A stretch of 61,444 bases of DNA, filler included, from Choristocarpus tenellus KU-1152 (taxonomy: Eukaryota > Protista > Phaeophyceae): the NCBI GenBank assembly GCA_964200185.2. It is 11 parts of 11 records of this genome, joined end to end, with 100 filler letters (N's around TTAATTAATTAA, not from the genome) between each part and the next. Parts side by side here need not be neighbours in the genome. Positions count along the whole stretch, not along the records: positions 1 to 3,422 come from CAXNAD020020145.1; positions 3,523 to 11,421 come from CAXNAD020005427.1; 9 more parts are not named here. One strand, written 5' to 3'. The notes under the pieces were generated by a model. It did no database searches. It had not been told where the DNA came from and was given only the letters and a program-made list of their open reading frames with translations. This document shows positions 1 to 11,421 of the stretch, piece by piece (positions within the stretch are counted from its first letter, which is position 1; each line of letters opens with the position of its first letter). The translations under genes were made by a program, and so were the position numbers.

Positions 1-94
1 TCGGATGTTTACTGTAAATGCACTTTTCGTCATTTTGACCCAAATGGGCACCCTGGTGTAGACCCCCCCCCCCCCCCTCCCAGATACTTGGGTC
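1..94 (-). mobile_element. MITE family B, partial copy
   Basis: Reverse match to family B consensus (ccctggtgtagac-polyC-agatacttgggtc); cut by window start. Confidence 0.85.
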
Positions 95-134
95 AACAAT
101 AATAATGACATTAACAAATACACCAATTACAATA

Positions 135-405
135 CAACTGGAGACAACAGCGAGATGGGCAAGGAGGGCCTCTAAGGTCCTTGGGATGCTTCCCTAGCTC
201 CTCGCACTGGGGTGTAGGGCTAAGGAAGGCTGGAGGTATAGGAGGGGAGTAGTGTAGCATGAATGCTAGTAAAATAGGAGAAAAATATATTCCACATTTT
301 CGACTATCACTTTTTCAGGGGTTGTATTGATATTTTATTGTTTTTTCTTTGTTTTTTCTTTCCTCTTGACACATCTGCAAAATGTCAGAGGTCATAAAAA
401 TAGTA
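135..405 (+). mobile_element. 3' end/3' UTR of CRE-like non-LTR retrotransposon (family C)
   Basis: Aligns by eye with 38675-38950 (gagatgggcaaggaggg...ttgggatgcttccctagct...tagtaaaatag); ends with TGACA-N11-TGTCA hairpin and an A-rich tail. Confidence 0.65.
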
Positions 406-639
406 GTACAGGGTATCTCCATCATGATGGTAACAACACAACCAACATTGCAAAATATTCATGCACTGTTCTATCTGATGATGTATATACCCCCCATCCA
501 GAAACGTATTTTTTAAATTGTGTTATTGTTGCTATTATCAATATTATGTTTTATTGTCAAATACCATATCTTCATCACTTACAAAAAAGAAGACCAACGG
601 ACTGCATGCAATGGTCAATGGAATAGAGTAGTATAAATA

Positions 640-946
640 CAAACCGTAACCAAGAGGATGAGGTCAAGATTGGACAAGTGTGCGAAACTGCAGAGAACTA
701 CGGAGAATCCAGAGTGATGAGAATCTCATGAGAGGGGGATCACCAGAACGTCAAGACGAAACAACAAATATAATCTTTGATGTTTTACATCTCTGATTGA
801 AGGATATCTGCTACTTATAGCCTGATTACGAGCCGGTAGGTATATGGAGGCGGCGTATGAGTCTCTTGTATCTTTTGTAAACATATGGTATTTAAGAATG
901 GGGATACAAGGAGCAAATGTTTAATGGTGTTAATAAACTATTGACA
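640..946 (+). mobile_element. LTR-like repeat family D, degraded
   Basis: Similar to 34675-34810 (ttggacaagtg...actgca...gagtgatgag...gagaggggg); AATAAA near 932; right boundary uncertain. Confidence 0.45.
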
Positions 947-1459
947 AGCGGTCGTGATCTGACGTTGCTAAATGAGTGTTGTACGATGATTTGCACCAAA
1001 ACTCCACTGTGTGAAAACACAAACGTGCGTATGTGATAAAAAATCAACACAGCAGACGACAAGATTAAAAGACAACGTGTGCACACTTCTCGTTCCTCAC
1101 ATTCTGATATGATTGGAAATACTGTTCGCGACAACTACAATATTCCAAGTGGACACTAGGACATACGATGTCAGTGGCTTAACTCTCAAAACGATATGAG
1201 ATGGCTGTGCCTTGATTATATCATGTGGGGGGATCATGCCACTCAAAATTAAGAACAAATGTGGATCACTTCAAGTCTCCATCACTTCTCAGTGGTAGAC
1301 TTGAACCTTTGTTGTTTGTTGGGTAAGTCACTTGATGATGATCAACAAATACATTTCATGAAAATGAGACATGACGTAATGAGCAGCCACCTCTAGCACA
1401 CACGAGTGCTAATATGCCCGGTGATGAGGTCTCTTCATCACCGCATGTGACCACTGATG

Positions 1460-2060
1460 CAAACGAGGAGAATCGAGAGATAAAAATAAACTTAGGAAAG
1501 TGACTCTTGTGCTGCTCCTTGGTGGAGCCCACCCTCTCCTCCTTGGGGAACATTCAGACGTGCTCCCTGTTGTAAATGAGGTAGAACTATGCTTCGTCAA
1601 TATAAATTGGGTTGAGGCTGCTTCCGTAATTCATGAGATTCCTTACTGCGTGATCAAGAGGATGAAATTTGCGCTTTTCTTTTGATGCGTCAGCGACAGG
1701 CTCGGGTTAATTCACCTTCGTTGGGCTCATCACTTTGAGCCATTGCTGAAGCTTTGAGCTGCCGACTATGAGACTGACTTCGGTTGGCTTGACAGAGAGC
1801 TTTTCGAATCTTAGCATGCTTTGTCGGTGTGAAGTCCAATGGTCGCCTGCTTTATTACGCTAATTTCAGCGAAAGCGTGTTGCTATAGTCCAATTGTTAT
1901 CGTAGATGCACCCACCGTTGCCTCGGATATTGTTCACAAACTCCAAACGCCTCTGCCAACTCTGGTTCAACACCTTTCAGAAGACGTTTCTTTCCGGGAG
2001 GTAGCACTAACGCGTAGCATACAGCCAGTGTGTTTTGACCTTCCTCACTCAGACAGCAAT
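1460..2060 (-). pseudogene. Degenerate mariner-type (DD39D-like) transposase fragment
   Basis: Minus-strand translation IYIDEA*FYLIYNREHV*MFPKEE...QHKSHFPKFIFIS matches the HIDEKWFY...K.FI.KVMFL motif of plant/oomycete mariners; in-frame stops. Confidence 0.7.
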
Positions 2061-2351
2061 TTTTCCTTGGCCTGATGGACTCATGGTGAAAGATAGTGGA
2101 CTCATCGGAATGACTATTTTGTCTATGGGACTCACACCACAGATGGTCCGGAGGCCAAGAGAGAGAGCCGTACAGATATTGGCGAGGTGCTGAGATGATG
2201 TACGATGATGGGGGGGCATTGTACATGTTGCCACGCCAAGCTTAGCCACTGAAAATTGGGGCGAAAACGACATTTTTTTTCCATTCCACTTCTCGGAATA
2301 GATTCAGAGCTATTTCGGAACAAAATTCGAAACCAAAAATCACCTCCTATA

Positions 2352-3422
2352 CAGTGGGTTACCCGATTTTGTTCACCCATGGGCATGCCCGAAAAAATTG
2401 ACATGGTACAAAATCCACATTTTGTACCACTTGGTACGAAACCGGGCATCCGACTATGTGCCAAATGGTACAATATCGGGAGAATTTTTAAAGCAGGATT
2501 GCACACGTCTGACGACTACGACTAGTAATCGTGGTAATCGTAATCGTTGAACAAATCTTGGAGAGTGTCAAGAATCAGTTGTAGAATAGTCATGGCATTC
2601 CTGGGAAGTCTATCGTCGAATTGACTAACAATCGTGGCATTCCCGGGAAACCAATCGTAGAATTGACTAAAAATCGTGGCATTCCCGGGAAACCAATTGT
2701 AGAATTGATTAAATAATCGTGGATATCTGGGAAATCAATCGTGGAATCAACTAATTAATCGTGGCGAGCTGGAAAATCAATCGTGGAATCGACTAATTAA
2801 TTGTGGTGAGCTGGGAAATCAATCGTCAAAGCGACTAACAATTGTCAGTTTATTTTTTTTCTCCCACGATCACGATTAAATCGTTTTTACGATTAAATAA
2901 TCATTAGACGTGTGCAGGGTTGTGAAAAGACGAAAGATCGAATCATCGCAAAGACACGCTACAACATGACTGTAACTGTACACTACATACTCCACGGGTC
3001 AGTGGATACGTCTCGTGGTCCTTGCAAGCTTCATGGATAGGATGGAAACGATTACGAGCGCTTCTTTGAAATGATGTTTATGTGTTAATGCGCATCTCCC
3101 GCCTCGTCATACGGAAAGAGAATACCGTATGTACCTTCTACCTCAGAGTCTCTTCAGTCTTTCTCAAACATATTGTCGCTCTCCTGGCGCAATCTTACTG
3201 TGACGCAAATCCAAGACAAAAGTATATGCCAAGCACATCAAAAGAAACGATGAATGTCACTCTGGACTGTTTTTTTCCTTGAGTCGGCCTTGATCCATTC
3301 CATTTTTTCTTCTGCAGCAGAAAGGACACTTGGTCCATGTATCCCTGCGCAGCTTGCGCTTCCAGCTTGTTAAACAACTCCGCTACATGCTCGTACGGCA
3401 CTACTCGTTTAGGTTCTTGAGG
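2352..3422 (-). mobile_element. pogo-family DNA transposon, 3' part (TIR plus transposase C-terminus with PIP box)
   Basis: TA then CAGTGGGTTACCCGATTTTG at 2352; minus strand 3300-3238 reads EWIKADSRKKTVQSDIHRFF*; 3375-3422 is homologous to 39469-39516. Confidence 0.75.
2494..2922. mobile_element. Non-autonomous TIR element (hAT-like) with internal ~38-40 bp tandem repeats, nested in the pogo element
   Basis: Inverted ends CAGGATTGCACACGTCT / AGACGTGTGCAGGGTTG; many AATCGT/ACGATT subterminal motifs; TSD not clean. Confidence 0.6.
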
Positions 3423-3522
3423 NNNNNNNNNNNNNNNNNNNNNNNNNNNNNNNNNNNNNNNNNNNNTTAATTAATTAANNNNNNNNNNNNNNNNNNNNNN
3501 NNNNNNNNNNNNNNNNNNNNNN
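3423..3522. other. Artificial contig linker (also 11422-11521, 15039-15138, 17713-17812, 34927-35026, 39329-39428, 43129-43228, 48053-48152, 52257-52356, 57886-57985)
   Basis: Identical 44N-TTAATTAATTAA-44N at ten places; the 12-mer gives stops in all six frames. Confidence 0.99.
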
Positions 3523-3602
3523 GTGTGTATGTGTGTGTGTGTGTGTGTGTATGTGTGTGTGTGTGTGCATGTGTGTGTGTATGTATATGTATATGTGTAT
3601 GT
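3523..3602. repeat. (GT/AT)n microsatellite
   Basis: Direct reading. Confidence 0.95.
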
Positions 3603-4169
3603 CTATTGCGTGTATCTTTACCTTTTTTTTTTCTGCTGCGGGCACACAACACGCACAATATATTTTACACTCTTCGTTTGCTTTATACTTCAAAAAAAAA
3701 TAATAATAAATTATGGGAGTATTTTTATTTATTGCTATCATTGCTTGATACTACTGAGTAATAAAAATAAAAATTTTGTTGTAGATCGCTTTCCAAACAA
3801 AAAAATAGTTCCGGGATGCGGTACTACTTACGTTCTTAAAATAAATAAAAAACAAAAAAATCTCAGAAGAAGAAGAAGAAGAGGTGCAAGAGTGCCTTCA
3901 TTTTAGTAAAACCGCTTTCAATGTTCTATTGGACAGGTCGTTGATATTAATGGAAGTGTGTTCCCATGTCAAAAAGTGCGAAACTGTTGTGATAAATAAT
4001 AATAATAATATTGTGGGTCATGTACCAGACACGTGCATACGTATGTATTGACAGAAAGGTACAGTCTGATCTCCAACCGGGGTTTGTTATTGTTGAAGGC
4101 GTTCCTGAGTCAAGATACGAACTTCCATTGCTGTGACCAACGAGGGTACAGGAAAAATATCGAGAATAA

Positions 4170-4330
4170 ACCATTACCAAAGGAGGGTACAACACAGAAA
4201 GGATGATAGGTGGAACTGTGACCAAAGGAGGGTACAGCACAGAAGGGATGGTAGGTGGTACTGTGACCAAAGGAGGGTACAACACAGAAGGGATGATAGG
4301 TGGTACTGTGACCAAAGGAGGGTACAACAT
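4170..4330. repeat. 45-bp minisatellite (about 3.5 copies; degenerate units near 4131, 4503, 4572, 4701)
   Basis: ctgtgaccaaaggagggtaca recurs at 4216, 4261 and 4306. Confidence 0.9.
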
Positions 4331-5436
4331 AATAATAACAAAGTGCTACAAATGATAAGACAGCTCCGTGGTGAAGTGGGAACAAAAAAGGTACACCACA
4401 GGGACATTTAGTATTACTTGAAATTATTGTATCGGTGTGTTGCGACTCAATAGGGTACAGGATAACCATCACATAATTACCCCTAGATAATAGAGTGTTT
4501 TTAACCAAGGAGGGTATAAAAGGCAAGCATCATCAACAAAATCCTATTGGTTGAAAGTATGATGTACAGTACTGTGACCAAAGAGGGTACAATGCAAGCA
4601 TCGCGTACAAGATATTAACACTTGAATGCATGATACACAGCACTGTGACTGAAGAATGTACACAAGACAAACATCACTCACAAGACAAATAAAACAACTC
4701 CACTGTGACATAAGAGGGTACAACACACCATCGCATTCAGCAAAATCGAAAAATATATATATATTAAAAAAAAAGACGAGATTATTTTTAATCAAAGCAC
4801 AGCCTTTATTGTAGAGAGGAGAGAGGACTTCCAGAACAGTGTAGCAAGGGATATATCAGCTTACAAAAGCCAGGCAATCATCACACCCCAACACCCCAAC
4901 ACGCTTGAAAATAGCCTCAAACAAAACCACTTCGAAAAATCATGAACCAACCTCAAACTACGTAGGAGTACTACATTGGAGGTGGGTTGTGTTACAAGCA
5001 GAAATTCCAAAGCTGCAGGTGGTTCAAGAGATAGGCAATCAATCATACAATGAGGTGGTATACTGTTCCACTGGGATGGATTTCTACAATTGTGTACATT
5101 TTACAGTTGTTACGACAGTACTCTATACTTCACTCTAAAAAGAACCTATGGTACAGAACAGGTACATAGTCCATACTGCTGCAGTACCATTGAAAGTACT
5201 GGTACACACCAACAAGCTGGGAGAGAGCACTAAGCAGCTGATGAGGTGGACAACTTAAGGGGGGGGAGGGGGGGGGGGGGGCTACTACAGGGTTCAGAGA
5301 ATGCAACTGGAATAGTAATACTGCCCTTGAAAGAGGAAAGAGGAAAAGAATAAAAAAACACAGCTACAAAAAGACAACGGATAGGGAGGACGAGCAAGGA
5401 GTACAACAGAATGGTCGGACGTAATACAGGAGTGTG

Positions 5437-5584
5437 GATGTATGATGTATGATGTATGATGTGTGATGTGTGATGTATGATGTATGATGTATGATGTATG
5501 TGGTGCATCGATCTTGTGTAGCAGCAGTAGTAAACAGCAGTAGAAATAGTGTTAGTGTTAGTGTTAGTGTTGTTCGAAACAGAA

Positions 5585-5615
<31 letters not shown>
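5437..5615. repeat. Microsatellite cluster (GATGTAT)n, (GTTAGT)n, (AAT)n
   Basis: Direct reading. Confidence 0.9.
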
Positions 5616-5617
<2 letters not shown>

Positions 5618-5940
5618 TTGTAGTGGGGACAAAAAACGTCTTCCCCTGCCACACATCAAGGAAAGAGACACGAGCACAGAGGCACACACCAAGAGGCAGA
5701 CAGACAGATAGACATGCAGGCATGCATGCAGGCAGGCAGACTGGCAGACTGGCTACCTGGAATACACACACACAAACACACACCTCTACTACTGGAGTAC
5801 CCCCATTTCAGGACCGCCCTAGAAACAGAGCCAACGCAACCACAGACACAGTCTCAACACAAGCAAGACAAACACAAGCAAGACAAACACAAGAACACCA
5901 GCACAAAACCACAGCTAGAATATTATACAGTATCTCTCAC

Positions 5941-8469
5941 CATCCATGGAAATTTCTGCATTAGTAACTTCCGATAATAGGTAACCCTCATACTTGTACC
6001 AACTGTTGAGGATGCTGGCGCATGCCTTAATAGCGTCTGCAGAAGCCTGATGAGGATTTCGTCCATTGGAAGATTCAGAGCACCAATCGGGTGTAGAGAG
6101 AGGGCCGGGTCATGTATATATATTTTTTGTATTTTTTGTAATGAAGTGTGTACACTTACCTTTGATAGTGGTACGGCTAGGAAGGATAGGGTGGGTTCCG
6201 CGGTGTCAATGAAGAAAACTATCGTAAACGTCTGAACAGAAGTGTCGGGAAAGGTTTCCAAGGGCCTTTGCAGATGAGATCACTCATCAATCAACAGATC
6301 ACTCATCAATCAACAAAGTGAGGGTGTGCATCTTCACATCCTCCCCCGTATCGAACCCTCTAAGCGATTTCCATATGTCCATGTAAGGATTATTTCTCAG
6401 AGTATCATAGAGCTGATTGGCACATTTGAGGTGGTGACATATGGATGGATGGATGGATGGATGGACGGGTGGATTCTCTGGCACATGGAGAAAACAAAAG
6501 AGATGAGGACAACAGGGGCATTGAATTGCGCCATTGGATTGGAAGTCCTCTCTCCCACTCAGCAACCCGGCCCTATTAATAGATCCCAAGTGTAACTCAC
6601 AGAGCCTCTTATTTGCTATCTTAATAATAGTATTGTGTACAAGCAAGGAGAGGAGGTCGTGGGCCTGTTAGAAAGCACATCAATGTTCAATAATGGGGAG
6701 AGGTGCAGAGCTAGACTTCCATTTTCTCAGGTCTAAATACAATTGGGTTGGAAGCAGAGCTACTTTCTCCTTTTGCTGGTACAGCATATTATACACTGGC
6801 ACCTAAGAGAGGGATCACTTTGTTGAGCATGGTTTTCATCTCTGCCTTGAAAACCCAATGCAATCTGAAGCACTAGAGCTGTGTCGAAAATCATTTTAGA
6901 GAAGAGGAGAGATCAGTAAGCAAGAAGACACCAACATCCTGTCCGAGCAAAGCATGCAAGGTGGGCATTGAATCCAGAAAGAGCCGTATTTGGCAAGGGG
7001 TCACTGTTGCCAAGCATTGCTCATTAAGAGCACTTTTGGCTCACCTCCCTGCCCAGCAGGCCACTCTTCACTGCAGCTGATGTAAGAACCTCCCTTGGTA
7101 TGATGCTCTCTGACACAACAACATCTGCCACCAAGATCTGCAAAGAAGTATAGGGTGTTCATTTTTTTGAGAAACTGCACACATCAAAAGTTATTGCAGT
7201 CCCCACTTTCTCCCCAGATTCAACTCTAGGGGATCTTGCTAATCCAATACTTCCTGCATCAGCACTTACTCGAACCAAATTATGGCGAAAATACGATTTC
7301 TTATCCAATGTGTTGAGTGTCATACCTTCTTGTGGGTGAAATCGATACAAGAGGTGCAAAATGGTGTGGTGGAATACAGTACTAGGCTGAAAAAGAACAA
7401 AGACAGACTCAATAGTCAGGTCATGTTGATTATATGACTATGAGACGATCGCTCTTTGCTTAGTAACGATTGCATTAAAACTTGCGTTCAAGGTGGTTGA
7501 AATTTCTTGCAGATCCACACGAAAACTTGCCTCCTCATAGTCTGCTCTTACCTGGGGGAGCTTTGTCTTTCCACGCTTCTCCACTTCCTCCTGCTGCCGT
7601 TGTTGTTCCTCCTGCATGGCTTCATCCTGTGCTCCGCCGCCATCACCCGACTCATCTGCGCTGGACGAGGGCCCCTAAGAGCCAGAAAAGAGTTTAAGGA
7701 GTGGTCTTAGAATGGTGGTGGGTACAGATAGGGGGCGCAGCTTGGGGCTCAAAGGTGGGTCTAATATGATGTAGGGTTACTAACCATTGACATTGATGGA
7801 GAAGATAGCTTGTCGACACTATAGATGGAAGCAAACCTTGGCCATGTGATTGTTTGATTGGCCTTTTCCACAATCAATCTGCCACAGCTGGGGTTACTCT
7901 GCTAATATCTTCACGCTACAAATCGAATCCCACTGCACTATAGTCTCCGTCAAATAAAGGGCAAGACTTGTTTGTAGTATTCATGCTGGCTGTCCATGCC
8001 AAAGCAATATTATGGATACCTGCTGCCAAGGAAAACGTAAACCTTGCAATGATCCCTGCATCTGTGCCAGCACGCCCATGATCCCAGAGGAAGCGAGCAA
8101 ATCTGGGACAGAGTCGGGCTCAATATCATCGAAGTCACCGCTGCCATCGCTTCTTCCATACCCATCGCCTCCCCTACGTCCGCCACCTCCCCACCCCTGG
8201 CCACCACTTGCGCCAAAGCCCCAACCGCCATGATCATCGTCCAGATGGGCCTCCAATCCTCGCGAAATTTCTGACCGATCAAGAAAAAGCGTTGATTGGA
8301 TGACAGTCGACCGCGCGTATAAAGTCTTGGGACGGTAGTAATGGTCATGCCGAATGTTGGTCCTGGCGAGTTGTCGACCTGGACCAACAGGTAGTGCGAG
8401 CCCCCGTACTGAAGTAAGTACACACAAGGATAGGTATGGGATGCATGCCAAAGTCCAGGAGGGAAGCAT
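5941..8469 (-). CDS. Plastid-targeted POTRA-domain protein, Omp85/Toc75/OEP80-like (5' exons 8469-8020, 7674-7552, 7137-7045, 6046-5941; 3' part not found)
   Basis: Phase-consistent GT-AG exons. Signal peptide MLPSW...VRG|L, basic transit region, poly-Gly stretch, then ILVADVVVSESIIPREVL...ILNSWYKYEGYLLSEV...MDG, matching the POTRA wY...GY..a.V...dG pattern. Confidence 0.7.
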
Positions 8470-8687
8470 ACCTTGACCCTTCGTGCGGACCACCTACAAC
8501 TAAGACACAGTGCTTCGTGATCAACAACCCAACTAAAGTGTGTTGAAACCTCAACATAGAAAAAAGCCGGCAACGGTTAGGCTTGTACGAATGATTATCC
8601 ATATCTCAACTTAGCAACTCTTGAAAGGATTTGGATTTTGGATTTTGCGTTTTGGATTTTGTGGTTTATCTTGATCTGTAGGTGCAC
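8470..8687. promoter_or_regulatory. Probable bidirectional promoter/5' UTRs
   Basis: Only 218 bp between two divergent predicted ATGs; repeated (T)TGGATTT motifs at 8627-8660. Confidence 0.5.
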
Positions 8688-10465
8688 ATGTGGATAGTGC
8701 CTGTGTTATGGTGGACAGCAATTGTCCACACCATTGCGATAGGTTCCTTCTCTTTGGATGGCGTAGTCTCTGATGGCGGCATCAAGCTAATGGTACAACT
8801 TGATGGCCAGGTAATCCAGACTTTGGATTTGCTTAGGTGGGGTGTATCTCTTACAAGTACAAGCGATGCAAGTCAGTCCGACTAACGTATTTCACCCTTT
8901 TCCAGGATATATGGATCAGCATGCCTTCTGACCACGATGCCTTTCAGTTTGCCTGGACATATTGCGAGGAGAAGACTATCTACGACCCAGCATGCCCACA
9001 GGACTTGGCTGCTCGCCTAATCCTTGCCGGTGGCACGTTATATCCGTCCAAAGCAAAGGAACTTGCCACTGATATCCCTATCGGTCGCGCTTCCCTTCTT
9101 TCCATCACCCGACAAGTATACAATGGGGGCATGGTAGCGGAAGCGCTGCCACTGGCTGAAGCTATCGTTGAGGCTTTCGAAGGTGACTATGCTGGAAGCT
9201 GTAACTAAGGTTGCGTGTTATATAAGGCAAGACCTTCCTCAAAGTGGTAGACTGGCATTGTGCTCTCATAATCTGAAAACTATGATTTTAATGTATATCC
9301 CCTAGGGGTAGTGGGCACATGCTAAACCTCGTTGTGATGGTAATGAACTGCTGCCGAATCATAAAATATCTATCAATCCAGTCAATCACTTCGAGGGGAT
9401 AGACAAGTGCGACTGGGAAGGAGTTGTGTGACTGTTAACCAACGTGGACATCTACAGATTCACTCGATCTGACCTATTCTCACAGGTACAATCTCCATCA
9501 ACGAAGCAGCAAGAGAAGAGGTTGAACATTATGGAAAAATTGGAACCGATATTGATCGTGCCCAAGCAACCGCCTTATCACTGTTGGCGGCATGCCTGTC
9601 AGCAGTAGACCGACAACATGAGGCGATAGAGGCATTGGTTCTTGCCCAGCATCTTGACATTGGGCATCCGGGAGTCCTAGTTAATCTAGCTGTCACGCTA
9701 CACAAGGTAAGTGTGTATGTCGGCAAGTGTGATGAAGTGCTTGCTTATGTCTAACTGTGACCTAGATCTCCCATCGGGCTCGAATGTTTCGATTCTCCTC
9801 GTTTCATCCGTCTCACAGAGGTGTTGGATGGCTCTAGCTTTCCTCTTAAAGTACCTTGAGTATCTTGACAAACCCTGTCCCAACCTAATCAGCAATCGCT
9901 AAGCTATGTTACACGGAGGTCGACAGAGTATCACCCGTATTGTGTGGATGCATATAAAAAATAGTGACCTCGTTCACTATTAATTTCTTCTCAAATAGAT
10001 ATATTTCATCTTTAAAGCATTATTCCATATCTCACCACCTGGCTGATACTTCAAAACTCCAGATTACTTTAGGCAATACCATTGGTGCTTGGTGGACCCT
10101 GATGAAGACAAGAATGGGTGTTCTTCGTATCAAACACTAACAAACATGCAAACGCACTCTCTTCACTCAGCCTTGATTCCCTTTGCTTTTGTTTTAACTT
10201 GCCTTCAGACCTATTACTCCTCTCGTCCAAATAAGATTGTAAATTGTCTTCCTTCTGCATCTCCTACCCCATCACATGTGTTTATCTTCTTCAGGCTGGT
10301 CAAATTGCAAAGGCTGAAGATCTCCTCAATGAGGCCCTCGTTACTAACTCACTGGATCCCGAAGCATACTATGCTATGGGCCTTCTTCTAATCGACAGTG
10401 GCCACCCAAATGAAGCAAGTGCACACCTTTTAAAGGCCATAGAGCTACGACCTGGTGACATACAC
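8688..10465 (+). CDS. TPR-repeat protein with N-terminal hydrophobic signal-like peptide (exons 8688-8810, 8906-9182, 9486-9706, 10295-10465; 3' incomplete)
   Basis: Canonical splice sites with matching phases (0,1,0); ACTAAC branch point at 8881; TPR motifs VLVNLAVTLHKAGQIAKAEDLLNEAL and DPEAYYAMGLLLIDSGHPNEASAHLLKAIELRP. Confidence 0.85.
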
Positions 10466-10508
10466 GTGAGCCCAGTGTGACCTTGTGGTAGAGGTTAAAT
10501 GAGCTTTA

Positions 10509-10767
10509 GAGCCAAACTATCTTAGGGGGTAGCGCCACGTCCATTTGGGGACCAAAATCCAATGTTGCGATTTTGATGTAATTTTGGATATAGTGTTTGT
10601 TAGGAAGTGTCAATATCCTTGTTCCAGACACAGCTTTTCATAACGTAAACATTTTACCTACTCCTAAACATTTCGGAGTAGGAAAACGCCATAAAAAAGC
10701 CCATGGGAAGCCAAGCCTCAAATGGACAAACAGGGCAAAACTCGTACCCTCCAAGATACTTTCACTC
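10509..10767 (+). mobile_element. MITE family A, full copy
   Basis: TIRs GAGCCAAACTATCTTAGGGGGTA / TACCCTCCAAGATACTTTCACTC; flanks tta/tta. Confidence 0.95.
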
Positions 10768-11198
10768 TTATCCATGTGTGAATTTATTCCCATTCCAATA
10801 CATCACCCGCAAAAATGTGTGATCTAGTCCTCACTGCGGGATTGAAAACCAAAGTCTATTTGTATTGAGGCTACCCTGGTCTTGCATATGAGATTCCATC
10901 GTGCAGTGGAGCATGGGAAGTGCACTGATTGAATGGCTTCGGACAAAACACATAAATGTTGGTGCCTTCTATAAGGCTGCCACAGGGAGTGCTCCAGAGC
11001 ACTCCCATTTAAGTCAATAGAGCCTCATTGATAATCTGCCAATCCTTGTTCATTATGTTGAGAGTCACTGAAGGGACTCTCCAACCCAGAAATGTGAAGC
11101 GTGAAGCACATTTTAAATAAACTTCTTCATGAAACATGCCTCTTTACATTGATATTAAGGTGAACAGGCTCTGAACTCTCTTCAACTATAACCTAAGA

Positions 11199-11421
11199 GA
11201 GTCAAAGTATCTTAGAGGGTAGAGCGGCGTCCATTTGGGGGCCAAAATCCAATGTTCCGATTTTGATGTAATTTTGACTATCGTGTTTGTTTGGAAGTGT
11301 GAACATCCTTGTCCTGGACACACCATTTCATAATGTACACATGAGCCAAAGTATCTTAGAGGGTAGAGCCGTGTCTATTTGGGGGCCAAGATCCAATGTT
11401 TCGATTTTGATGCAGTTTTGG
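11199..11421 (+). mobile_element. MITE family A with a second family A copy nested at 11343; cut by contig end
   Basis: TIR starts at 11199 and again at 11343, in the middle of the first copy. Confidence 0.9.

Noticed and set aside
2540-2850. Regularly spaced repeats resembling a CRISPR array
   Set aside because: Whole units are degenerate tandem copies with no unique spacers, inside a TIR element, and there are no cas genes
3375-3422. Contigs 1 and 7 being adjacent pieces of one locus
   Set aside because: The overlap differs at two positions and contig 7 has a MITE at the junction, so they are distinct copies (haplotypes not excluded)
3467-3478. TTAATTAATTAA palindrome recurring ten times
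   Set aside because: Artificial six-frame-stop linker between N runs, not biological
4110-4526. Repeat-containing ORFs on both strands
   Set aside because: Products of a 45-bp minisatellite whose length is divisible by 3
10509-10767. PIF/Harbinger (Tourist) assignment from TTA/TAA flanks
   Set aside because: Four other copies have exact non-TWA 4-bp TSDs, one confirmed by an empty site
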